From the NCBI RefSeq assembly GCF_000281045.1, contig NW_008246096.1, forward strand, positions 386,338-422,163: a DNA stretch of 35,826 nucleotides, read 5' to 3'. Under the pieces are notes generated by a model. That model searched no databases. It was not told the origin of the DNA and saw nothing but the letters and a program-made list of their open reading frames with translations. Origin of the DNA: Saprolegnia diclina VS20. Its lineage: Eukaryota. Made by a program: the position numbers and the translations under genes. Shown piece by piece: positions 22,032 to 32,313 of the stretch (positions within the stretch are counted from its first letter, which is position 1; each line of letters starts with the position of its first letter).

Positions 22032-23261
22032 TTAGGGTTCGACGTGCAACGCCGCCGTAAACTCGTCGGCCGAGTAGAGCTGTGTGCCGAGCCGGTGCTC
22101 GAGCACCGAGAGGAACATGCGCACGCCGAGTGGGAGCGCGTCGTCGTTAAAGTCGAACGCATCCGAGTGCACGTCGCGGATCTGCGCATCGTCGACGCCC
22201 TTGGTGCCGAGGAAGAAGAAGCAGCCGGGGCGTTCCTGAAGGTAATACGACATGTCTTCGGACGCCATCATGGGCAGCCCCGCCTCCGTTGCGATGGCAA
22301 TGCTTCCCGCGACCTCGGCCACGATCGCTGCTTGCGCCGGCGCGTTGATGACGGCCGGGTACCCTTCCTGCATGGTGATCTCGGCCGTCGCACCGTGCAT
22401 GGCGCAGATGCCATGGACGAGCGTCTCAAAGCGCGTCCGCAGGAGCGTTGCGGCTGCCGGTGCGTAGTCGCGCATCGTGCCACCGAGCGTCGCAGTCGAC
22501 GGGATCACGTTGTTGGCTTCGCCCGCGTGCACCTGCGTGATCGAGAGCACCGCCGTGTCGTACGGCGAGAGGCTTCGGCTCACGATGGTCTGCGCGGCGT
22601 TGATGATCTGCGCGGCGATGATGACGGGGTCGCGGCACAGCTGCGGCGCGCTGCCGTGCCCACCGGCGCCCGTGATGCGCACGGTAAACTCTTGCTCGTG
22701 GGCCATGACGGGCCCGGACCGGACATGGACCTGGCCCAAGGGGAAGCCGTAGTTGTGGTACCCGTACACCTCGTCAACGCCGTCGAGGCAGCCGTCGGCG
22801 ATCATCGAGAGCGCGCCGCCGGGATTCTCTTCCTCGGACGGCTGGAAGAGAAGCCGGACGCGCGTTTGCGCGGGCAGCAAATGGCGCTTGCGCTGGAGCA
22901 AGATGGCAAACCCGACGAGCGTCGCCATGTGCCCGTCGTGGCCGCACATGTGCGCGATCGCGGGCGATGTCGACGCATACGACAGGTGCGCATTGCACTC
23001 GGTCATCGGCAGCGCGTCCATATCCGATCGGAACGCAACGCAGCGCACGGGCGTCACCGACGCGGCCGCGCTCGGCAGCGCGTCAATGTCGACGACGAGG
23101 CCGGTCATCGCGCATGCGCGGATGCTCGCCTCGGGGATCTTGGCCTCGTTGACGAGCATCGAGCGGAGCGTGCGCTGGGTCCGGACCTCCTGGAACGCGA
23201 GCTCTGGGTGGGCGTGGAGGTCGCGCCGCAGCTGGCGCAGGAGCGGAAAGAGGTTGACCAT
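22032..23261 (-). CDS. M20D family amidohydrolase (hippurate hydrolase / IAA-amino acid hydrolase-like), intronless
   Basis: Motifs LRRDLHAHPELAFQE, RSDMDALP, HMCGHDGH, LFQPSEE, GGHGS.P, NVIP, SEDMSYY and HS..FDFNDDAL. ATG at 23261 was chosen because an Inr/FPR lies directly upstream. Confidence 0.93.
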   Translation of the reverse strand: MVNLFPLLRQLRRDLHAHPELAFQEVRTQRTLRSMLVNEAKIPEASIRACAMTGLVVDIDALPSAAASVTPVRCVAFRSDMDALPMTECNAHLSYASTSPAIAHMCGHDGHMATLVGFAILLQRKRHLLPAQTRVRLLFQPSEEENPGGALSMIADGCLDGVDEVYGYHNYGFPLGQVHVRSGPVMAHEQEFTVRITGAGGHGSAPQLCRDPVIIAAQIINAAQTIVSRSLSPYDTAVLSITQVHAGEANNVIPSTATLGGTMRDYAPAAATLLRTRFETLVHGICAMHGATAEITMQEGYPAVINAPAQAAIVAEVAGSIAIATEAGLPMMASEDMSYYLQERPGCFFFLGTKGVDDAQIRDVHSDAFDFNDDALPLGVRMFLSVLEHRLGTQLYSADEFTAALHVEP

Positions 23262-23263
23262 CG

Positions 23264-23278
23264 CAAATCTTGAAATGA
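23264..23278 (-). promoter_or_regulatory. Oomycete Inr+FPR core promoter of the amidohydrolase
   Basis: Minus strand reads TCATTTCAAGATTTG immediately before the ATG at 23261; CCAAT boxes near 23293-23313. Confidence 0.6.
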
Positions 23279-23808
23279 CCCACGACGATGCTATTGGCAA
23301 AAAATCAGCCAATCAAACAGCGCGACGACGCCAGCTTCAAGCCACAAGATTTGGCGGCGTCCGAGGTCGGAGCTTGCACCCACTCAGTGCTGTACGAACA
23401 TGTTCTCGTAGGGACACCCGGACCAGCTTTACCTATTTGGCAGAGAAGAATGACCTTGCAGTTGTGAAGTGCTGTGTACATTTGGGATATCGATTCGCTT
23501 GGCATGCTTACTTCAAAATTGCTGCATATGACGGGAATTCCTTGTTGTCCCGGTGCAAGTCCGTCGCAATACTGCTGCCATTTCCGTATCATCTTCGGAT
23601 GCAGCGTCTTGCTTGCCGTGCTTGTTGAACGCAACTGGTGCTCAACCTCTATCGTCTTTTCGCACAAGGCAGCAAGGCAGAATACCGGAATCTACAGCGA
23701 TTTACCGTTTTATAGGCTGCAATACACGGTGCAGGCTTGGGTGGTTTCGGCGACCGATCCAAGAGCAGTTTCCGTGAAACGGGATTCTGGAAATTTATGA
23801 ACGGCTGG

Positions 23809-23843
23809 CCAATCACAGCGCGCGCCAAACAATCGCAGCCAAT
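23809..23843 (+). promoter_or_regulatory. Tandem CCAAT boxes upstream of the secreted-protein gene
   Basis: GCCAATCA occurs twice, 30 bp apart (23809 and 23839), with Inr-like GTCATTC at 23921. Confidence 0.5.
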
Positions 23844-23963
23844 CAGAAGCCAACATGGGCGATCCGACCCTTTGGCGCGACGCTTGGGGATGTCCTTTGG
23901 AAATGGAAGCGGCTGCCATCGTCATTCAGTATCTGCAGCCCTCGGCGCGAGAGCTTCCGAAGA

Positions 23964-25964
23964 ATGTTTCGTCTTCTCGCTGGTACCGCCGCCGTCACCG
24001 CTGTGGCTGCGACGGACGCCGTCTACCCCCCGCCCCAAGCCAAGGGCGGCTATGGTGGAGGCAACAATTGGTACGCCACCCAAAGCCAAGGCCAAGGCGG
24101 CTACGGCGGTGGCTACAACCCCCAAGCCAAGGGTGGCTATGGTGGCGACAACTCTGGCTACGCCCCGAAAGCCAAGGGTGGCTATGGTGATGACAACGCT
24201 GGCTACGCCCCGAAAGGCAAGAGTGGCTACGGCGGTGACAACTACGCTCCCCAAGGCAAGGGCGGCTACGGCTACGGCCGCAAGGCGATCACGTTTCCGC
24301 CGGCGTACGCGATCATCGACCCCAACTACTACAACTCGATCTTCACAGGGTACCAAAACTGCGTCGCGACCAAGTGCGACGTGCTCCCGAGCGACTACAG
24401 CGCGACGGGCATCAACGACTGCATCTCGACGATCGCGGGCTACACGTCGTGCGTCACGGCGTGCGCGGCCGGCCAAGCGCTCGAAACCGTCGAGGACTTT
24501 CGGACGCTGCTCGAGAGCGTGATCGAGATCGGGAACGACCAGCTGCGCCAGGCGCGCGTGTACCTCTCGGGCCTCGGCGACCTCGACGTGATTGGCGAGC
24601 GCGTCCACATTGGCGAGTCGTGCTGCCTCCCCAACAGCTACTTTGCGTCATGGGAGCGCATCATGATCCCTGTTGCGACAAAACTCAAGAAGGCGGACGC
24701 GGATCAAGGCAACTCGTACAATCCTCGGTACCCGAACAACCCCGCACCACCCGCCGCCAACCCGGATGACGAGACCACGCCTTACATGATGTCGGCGGCC
24801 GACTACATTAGCTTTTGCACGTCGGCGGATTCTGGCACCAAGTTCGAATGGCTCGACAAAGAAGACATCTGCGCCGACACGACCAAGGCCACTTACTTGC
24901 AGGCGCTACAGCGCAACCTCGGGCATCTGATTCTGGCGCCGTCGTGCGTCACGGACGCTCCCGATGGCGCGTGCTGCGACGACGCCCACCCGAACCCGCG
25001 CGCGACACCCTTCCGCGGCGACGTCTGTGTTGCGACCACGTACGAAGCCAACGGCAAGACCAAGACGCTGACGACGCCACTCATCAAGCCCACCGCTGTG
25101 TCGAAGAAGCAAGGCCGACGCTATGACCCGTGCCCGTGCGACGAAATTGACCAGGGTACTGGAGACAACAAGACGCCCAAGCGCATCCGCTACGACTATG
25201 TGAGCGGCCGTGACTTGCTCTACTACACGGTGACAGGCGGTTTGCCGTCCGACTACGTAGAAGCCAGCGAAGATGGCCCCTCGACGTGCACGTACAACGT
25301 CGGGCTGGCAACACCAACGACCGACGGCTTTTTCAAGGACATCGCGCCCATCACGGCCCCCCTCTTTTTGGCCAGCGAAGAGGGCGGCGAAGAACTTGGA
25401 ATCTCCATTACCGAAGACGCCATTAAGGCTGTGCGCCACTGCCCGACGGACGGTCTCCTCGAGTACTGCAACGTCGACCAGTACGCGTCGTTCCTCGAGT
25501 ACCAGCTCTTTGACCACGCCAACTGCGACATTGCCGACCTCCGCACGCAGCACACGGACTACTCGTCGTCGTACCAGACGATCGCCTGCCTCTACAAGAT
25601 CTTCTCGCTCAAGTGCGACTGCATGGAAGCCGTCCTCTCGTGCTACTCGGTCTCGTCGCACTACGCCTCGTCGCTCTCCAAAGTCATTGGCCAAGCCGCC
25701 TCGATCCTCTGCGGCTTTGTGCTCTGCCAGCGCCCGAACGTCTATTCGCTCTTTGGCGACGAGTACGCGATCGACCGCGCGTCCCTCATGCGCCAACTGC
25801 TCACGTCCGCCGGCATCTTTAGCGCCGGCTCGCTCTCGCCCGCGGCCGCCGTTCTCCTCTCGTTTGGCCTTGGCATGGTTGCGCTCGTCGTTGCCAAGAA
25901 GGTTGCGGCCGCCGAGAAGGCCAAGACCGTCGACATTGATGCAGGGTACCAGAATCTTATTTAA
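23964..25964 (+). CDS. Secreted, probably type I membrane protein (666 aa): signal peptide, Gly/Tyr/Lys repeats, Cys-rich ectodomain, C-terminal TM helix
   Basis: Intronless ORF with strong GC3 codon bias. Hydrophobic N-terminus MFRLLAGTAAVTAVAA; about 6 P(K/Q)xKGGYGGDN-like repeats; numerous Cys; hydrophobic AAAVLLSFGLGMVALVVA followed by KK and a tail ending GYQNLI. Confidence 0.85.
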   Translation: MFRLLAGTAAVTAVAATDAVYPPPQAKGGYGGGNNWYATQSQGQGGYGGGYNPQAKGGYGGDNSGYAPKAKGGYGDDNAGYAPKGKSGYGGDNYAPQGKGGYGYGRKAITFPPAYAIIDPNYYNSIFTGYQNCVATKCDVLPSDYSATGINDCISTIAGYTSCVTACAAGQALETVEDFRTLLESVIEIGNDQLRQARVYLSGLGDLDVIGERVHIGESCCLPNSYFASWERIMIPVATKLKKADADQGNSYNPRYPNNPAPPAANPDDETTPYMMSAADYISFCTSADSGTKFEWLDKEDICADTTKATYLQALQRNLGHLILAPSCVTDAPDGACCDDAHPNPRATPFRGDVCVATTYEANGKTKTLTTPLIKPTAVSKKQGRRYDPCPCDEIDQGTGDNKTPKRIRYDYVSGRDLLYYTVTGGLPSDYVEASEDGPSTCTYNVGLATPTTDGFFKDIAPITAPLFLASEEGGEELGISITEDAIKAVRHCPTDGLLEYCNVDQYASFLEYQLFDHANCDIADLRTQHTDYSSSYQTIACLYKIFSLKCDCMEAVLSCYSVSSHYASSLSKVIGQAASILCGFVLCQRPNVYSLFGDEYAIDRASLMRQLLTSAGIFSAGSLSPAAAVLLSFGLGMVALVVAKKVAAAEKAKTVDIDAGYQNLI

Positions 25965-26271
25965 GTGCCCGGCAGCCCGCAATACAATGCGTCATGGATG
26001 TTTAACCTACAACAAAATTCTCTTTTCCTTACCCTTTTCACATTCTCATGTCCCAAAAATCTACGTTGTCATTGGTACTATTGCAAACTTTATCGAAATG
26101 CAATGAGAGCAGGCAAGCAACCAGCTGATGCGGACAAGCTCGAGTGCCTCTAGCGCATCCTACACCGACAACCCAGTGATGGACCCTAAACCCCCATATG
26201 TTGCCAGAACCCAGGTCCAGTTACACTGTACGATGAGCCAAGAACGAGACACGAAAACTACAAACTACAAA

Positions 26272-29200
26272 CTACGAACGAGTCCACTCGATGCGACCGC
26301 GGCGGTGCTTTTCGAGATACGCGTTGATCTTGGAAAAGCAGTGTGAGCCGTGGACGCCGTCGTTGCAGTCGAGCAGGAGGTGCTTGGCGCCGTTGATGAG
26401 GACATTGCGCTTCTACATCACCACACGCGCGTCAACATCTCATCGCTATCAATGTCGACAAGTTTTACCGGCAGCGCGGCGCCGAGGAGCAAAAATACAC
26501 TGTGGGACGTCACTCGGTTGAGAATGCGCAGCACGGCCTCGAGAAAGAGCTCCCAGCCCTGGTTCGCATGGGACCCGGCAGTGTTGGCGCGCACGCTCAG
26601 CACTGCGTTTAGCAATAGCACGCCCTACGCCCACCGTATCTTGCATCGCCACGCAACCTATCGCGTCGTCGTACCTGCTTGGCCCAGCTCTCTAGCGACG
26701 CGCTTGGCAATTGCGGAAGCGCCGAGTCCCGGCCGAGCTCATCAAACAGAGCTTGGAGGCTCGTGGAAACGCGGGCTGCGGGCGGCAGCGCAAAGCACAG
26801 CCCCGTCGCCTTCCCGATTGAGGCGTACGGCTCCGCGCCGAGCACCACGACGCGGACGCTCTCGAGCGGGCACGCATCGAACGCCGCCAAGAGGCTTCGG
26901 ACGGGCGGGCACAGTTGGTGTCCTCGCCTAATACACAGCATGAGCTGCATGCCAACCAAGACGGTGAGCCAACTCTGCTTCGAGTGCCAAGAAGGCGGCG
27001 AGGCGGCGCATGTAGGCCTTTTCAAACTCGGTGGTGAGCACCTGGCGCCACGCATCGTCGTGCAGCAAATTCGACCACACCAGTGGCGGCGCGGTCTCGT
27101 GTCGCGGCCGCTTGGCGAGAGGTTCGTCCGAGACGACGACGACGGGCACGTTGGTGTTGCGTAAGCGGGCGAGAAACGCAGACGCTTTGGCCGACTGCAT
27201 CGCGCAGTAGCTTGCGACGAGCGCGTCGACCGAAGTGTCCGAGAGCATGGTTCGAACGTCGTCCCGATCGCGCTGGAGAAGCGCATGCACCCGTATTTCA
27301 AACACAGACGTGGCGTCGGTTGGCGGGACATGCACGACAAAGGCGAGCACGAGGCACATGATGAGGAGCGGACCGAGCCCGACGCTGCGAAAAACTGCGT
27401 GCGCGTGAAGCGCCTGGCGCACCTCGGGTATTAACCACTGCGTCGCACTCGGCTGCGTCGATATCGCAGTCTTGAGCATGTGCGGGAGGAAGAGCGCGTC
27501 GATCGCGGTCATCATGGCATGCGAGAGTCGGGTGGGGTTCATGGGCGAACTCGCGGTCGCGATGCGCTTGAGCGACCGGAGCAGCCATGAGCACGGGTGC
27601 AGCGACGACGAGGTGCACACAAGGTGGCACGGCGACGCCAACCACGATGGCACGCGCTTTTGCGCCAGCGAGAGTCGCAGGACGCCGGTTAGAATCGCTT
27701 GGCCGAGGGCATCAATGTCGCCTTTGCATTCGGTCGGCAAATACAGCTGCATGAGCGTGATATGAACAAGTGGGGCCAGCCGAGGGTCGTCGCAGTACCC
27801 GAGGAGTGCGATCCACGACGCGCAGTCCAAGGCCACGAACGGCGCGGGCGACCCTCCAACTTGTACGCAGGGCGTCGAGACGCTTGTCTCGTGGCCAATG
27901 AAAAACCCGATCGTCGATGTCGCCTTCGTGGGCACGATGACCGCCTGCGCCAACGTCGTTGCAAACGTCATCCACGACGCATGGCTACCAAGCAGCAATG
28001 ACTGCCGCGCTGCATGGATGATGCACGATGTGATGGGCAGCGTGCGGAGCGCGGGGAGGTTGAACCACTGCTGCAGCGTCGCCGTGTGTGCCGGGGCCTG
28101 CCACAACAGAGTCACGAGCGCCGCCGAGACGTGCGGCTGCTCCAAGACGCGGGCCCACGGCAAGTCGACCCACGAGGATGTGATGCAAATCCAATTCGGG
28201 AGCTCGGACGCCGAGATGCGCGTGAGCGCGGTCTGCAGAACGTTGCTCCAGTGGTCGTTCAGCAACCAGCCGCGGATCGTGGCGACGCCGAGTGTCAAGT
28301 GCTCGAGCTGCGACATGTCGACGCAGTGGACCGCCGTGTGCAGCAAAAAGGCCGTGAGCGCGCGCAAGTCGAGCGGCATGTTCGTCTCGAGATCGATCCG
28401 TAAAAGGGTCTCGAGCCGCAGCGGCGACATGGGCAGTCCGGTGGCATTCGGATGCGTGTAGCGCTCGCCGTACGCGACCAAGGTCGCCGACGGCGGCACA
28501 AGGTGGCTTGCCCACATCTCGGCGACGGCCGACCCAGTCTGCCGCAGCCACAAGACGATCTGGTTCCAAAGTCGCGTCCAGTGACAGCGGTCGGACGTCT
28601 TCCGCGACGAGGTGACGAGACTGAAAAAAAGAGCGTCCAGAAACTGCTTGTCGTCGGCGCAGCAGCGCGCCCAGAGCGCTTTGCCATCCGCACCGTCGTG
28701 GTCGAACGCGACGAAGAAGCGCACGAGTGCGTTCGAGTGGCTCGTCCAAGCGTCATCGAGCGACATGTCCCCCAGAACGTCACTGAGCAGCACGCGGCTG
28801 GGCCACGACGGCGCACGGACGCTTGCGATCGCGCGATTGCGGTCGACAAGGCGGCATAGCAGCGCACGTCCGCGTGGATACGAGAGCTGCGTCGCCACGG
28901 CCGTCGCCAACGCCAGCGCCACGTCAGGCGATGCTGCAAACGCATCGCAAAGCACTGCGTCGTCGATAGCCACAGAGCGTATCCAGTCCGAGTCGTCGTT
29001 GCGCAAGAGACATGCGTGGAGCACGCGCGACCACAGGCGAGGTGAAAGCGCCTCGTTTGTTGTCGCCACGGCCAGCGCCGTGTCGTCAAAGAAGAGCTGG
29101 CGCGCGTTCGCGAGGTCAACGTGGCGGCCTCGGGACACCACCAAGGACGCCGCCCGCGCCACGAGGTACTCTTCGACCGGCGTGTACGAAGCTTCGTTTT

Positions 29201-30329
29201 GGTGATGCACAAGCGCCGCGCCGGCGCCGAGTGCACTCGCCCAGAATGCATCGCTCAGCGGCGTTGCCTCTGCGCCCAAGAGAAGGTCGTACACGGCGTG
29301 TAGCGAGTCTGCTATCGACCATGCAGCGTAGACGCGGGCGAGGTGCGCCATGGTGTCCGCAACGCGCGCAGAAGGGCTCTGGCTCACAGACCACGAAGCG
29401 TTGGGAACTCGCAAGAGCTGGCAAACCACGGAATGCGCCCAGTGGCGACGACCCGAGAGAAAGCGGGCGACACCGTTGCGCTCGAGCGTCGCGGCTTCGA
29501 GAAAGGCGTCCAGCAACGACGAGAGGCACAGCTGCCAATGCAACGCCGTGCGCTGAACCAGCTCTGCGCCGTGCCCGAGTGCTGGCGCCTCGAGGTGGTC
29601 TTTGCAGAACGTATCCATGTCCCACGCAAGGACGACGACGGCGCTAAGAGAGGTCGGGCCGGACGCGGCAAGCGTCCGCAGCCTACGTACGTGGACGGGA
29701 CAGAGCCCTAGTCAAGGTCACGCATACGTCAATGTCGCACTGTGACGTCGTGTACCTGTTGTGGGCGCTGTCATCGCGTTAATAGCATCCATCGGCAGAC
29801 GCAGTGCAGGTAGCGACAGCGGGATGGCATGGGCGTGTGAGCGCGGGCACCCGATGGCGGCGAGTCGTTCGAGCGTTGCGCTGAACTGCTCCGACTGCGG
29901 TCCGTAGGCCCGTAGTTGCTCGGTCAGACGAAGCACGTTGTCACGACCAGCCAATCTGAACGAGTCGCTGGTCTCGTGTTCCAAGAGGAAGCATGCATCT
30001 TGGACCCACGCCAATGGCGCCGTGTTGTCTTCCAAGGCGATTGAGAGAGCGCGCAGGCGTAGGTCGATTGGCAGCAGCGGTGGTGCGAGCAGCTCGAGCT
30101 GCTGCTTGGGTGCAAGCGCCGTCACAACGGCCCGGAATTGCGCAGGCGACGCCAGCGCTAGCAAGAGCCGCGCGCTGGACACCGCCTTTGGCTCGTGCGC
30201 CGCCCATCGGCGGACCATGGGCGCCAGCAAGAATGGAGCGGACGTCAGTAGCGCATGCACGTCGTCGAGGTCTGTACCATGGAGGAGGGCTGTCGCTGCC
30301 GCCGCAGCGCGGTGCTCGAGCCCTGCCAT
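26272..30329 (-). CDS. Unknown ~1285-aa protein: large Leu/Ala/Trp-rich N-terminal region fused to a C-terminal degenerate uracil-DNA glycosylase domain; 5 exons
   Basis: Exons 30329-29756, 29707-26974, 26927-26675, 26624-26469 and 26412-26272 sum to 3858 nt (1286 codons) in one frame. The last ~220 aa align with family-1 UNG: WRQVLTTEFEKAYM, CPLESVRVVVLGAEPY, GLCF, LESWAKQGVLLLNAVLSVRA, SHANQGWE.F, HCFSKINAYL and IEW. Confidence 0.78.
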
Positions 30330-30548
30330 CGTCTACAAAGTGCGATGTCAAATTAAGTACGCCCTACAAAGTACGATTTAATTGGCCAATCCAATAATGG
30401 GCAAGGTATCAATTCATCAACGCCACGCTGAAAGGACCTAACTCAAGGAGCTTACTAGTAGTAGCGTACGATAAATCTCTAACGGAGGTGCATGGCATTA
30501 CAAATGGACTTATACATTAGGGTGCAAAGCAAGGCTGGGCAAAGACGC

Positions 30549-31598
30549 TTACTCGACGGTCCAGTCGATCGGGTCCTTGCCCTGCTGGACAAGGTACGCG
30601 TTCGTCTTGGAGAAGCAGCGCGACCCGATGAAAGGCTCGGCCGTCTTGGTGGCGCCGAGCGGCGACGGGTGGGAGCTCGTGAGGATACAGTGCTTGGACC
30701 GGTCGATGAGCGCGCTTTTCTCCTGCATTTATCATGAGAAAACTATAAGAAATGTAGTCGGCAGTACCTGCGCCGGTTTGCCCCAGAGAAGGAACACGAC
30801 ACCGGACGTCTCTTTGCTAATCTTGCGCATGATGACGTCCGTAAACGTCTCCCAGCCCTGCTTCTTGTGCGAGTTGGCCTCGGTCGCACGCACCGTCAGC
30901 ACCGTATTGAGCAGCAGGACGCCCTGTGCCGTCAGGACGGGTAAGCTATCGATGGAGCCAGGGAATGAGTATCGTACCTGGTCGCACCACGAAAGCAAGC
31001 AACCGTGCGACGGCTTGGGAATGTTCACGTCTGCGATCGCTTCCTTGTAGATGTTTTTGAGACTCGGCGGCGGCGGTACGGGCTTTTGCACCGAGAAGCA
31101 GAGGCCATGCGCCTAAGAGCCCTTGAGGTGCGTCGGCAACGACAACGCGAGTCTACCTGACCGGGGCCGTGGTACGGGTCTTGGCCGAGGATGACCACTT
31201 TGATCTTATCGAACGGGCAGAGGTTGAGCGCAGTGAAGATCTCGCTCTTCGGTGGGAAAATCATGGCTTTCTTCCTACGCCAACATGAGCGCAAGTCGAT
31301 GGCAGGCATAGGCGTACTGCTGCTCCCGGACGAGGAACGCGTCCAGCGACTTGAAGTAGCTCTTCTTGAACTCGGGGGCGAGCATCTCGCGCCACGTGGG
31401 CTCGGTCAAGAGGTCGCCCACGGTCGCAGGAGCTGGCGCCGCCGAGGCAGTCTTGGTCGGCGCGGCCTCTGCCGGCGCCGCTTCCGTCGCCGCCGGGGTT
31501 TCTTTGGCCTTCTTGGCCGCTGGCTCGGCGCTGCTGCGGCTCGCGGCAGCTCGCTTCGGCCGGTCGGACGCGGTGAAGAAGGCTCGGATGTCACTCAT
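30549..31598 (-). CDS. UNG: Uracil-DNA glycosylase (family 1); 5 exons
   Basis: Introns at 31275-31317, 31113-31156, 30924-30977 and 30723-30767. Catalytic motifs intact: [38 protein letters not shown] and SHPSPLG. N-terminus MSDIRAFF is PIP-box-like and is followed by a basic NLS-like segment. Confidence 0.96.
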
Positions 31599-31603
31599 GC
31601 GTG

Positions 31604-31640
31604 CAAATCGAAAATGGCGGCAAACCACGCAAGGGCCAAT
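31604..31640 (-). promoter_or_regulatory. UNG core promoter: Inr/FPR-like element plus CCAAT box
   Basis: Minus strand reads CCATTTTCGATTTG just upstream of the ATG at 31598; CCAAT at 31636-31640. Confidence 0.5.
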
Positions 31641-32313
31641 CAGATGCGATCATCATTTCTGAAATAGTGTGCAATTTGGTTGCGGGATATGCAGGTCCGC
31701 CACAGGAGCGATATCAAGCTCCAAGAACGACAAAGGATCGCCCGAGCATACTATATGACACACGTTCTTCTACGATAGACGGACGTAGGTGCTTTAGTGC
31801 TCGTAGAATGGTACATTGCACTTGCACATCCACTACCGTATCACACTATTTGCGTGGAGGGTGCTATGCAGAATCTGTTTCCCGCCACCACGCTCGCGCC
31901 ATCGCCACAGCGCCTGCGCGCGAAAGACACCAAGTTGATTCCGATGGACAGTGTACAAATAACTTCTTCGCAGCGCATCTGCTCTTTGACATGGAGAGTA
32001 TCATGCTTCGTCATCGTGCCCCAGTCAAGTTGCCCTGTTCACCGAGCAAAGCTGGCACTGCATGCTTCACCGTAGAGCATTTGCCTTGATCTTGATTGGC
32101 CACATCAAGCTATTGCCCAGACCTCGGTAAGATCCAGGGTTATGTTGTTACAAGAGCTCATCGCAAGTGGTTAGCCTTCGCCTTCCTCGCAAGAAGGACG
32201 CGCCGCCATCGGAAGCGGTGCGGAAATATCCATGGGGCTGCAAAAGACAATCATTTTGACCAATCACACACCGCTGCCTGCACGAAGAAGCTCACTTTGC
32301 CTTTAGCCTGAAA

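Noticed and set aside
26254..26275. (AAACTAC)3, and (AAATCCAA)3 near 35134-35157
   Set aside because: Too short to be telomeric or functional arrays; ordinary microsatellite-like noise.
26928..29618. 896-aa ORF treated as a stand-alone gene, with the UNG-like exons as a separate pseudogene
   Set aside because: UNG homology begins inside this ORF (WRQVLTTEFEKAYM), its stop coincides with the acceptor of a GT-AG intron at a position shared with UNG, and the downstream exons have no frameshifts or stops.
7210..31598. Photolyase, UNG and TRM1 as a functional nucleic-acid repair/modification cluster
   Set aside because: They are separated by unrelated genes, with no shared regulatory signal visible. 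Only the UNG and UNG-like adjacency is explained mechanistically.
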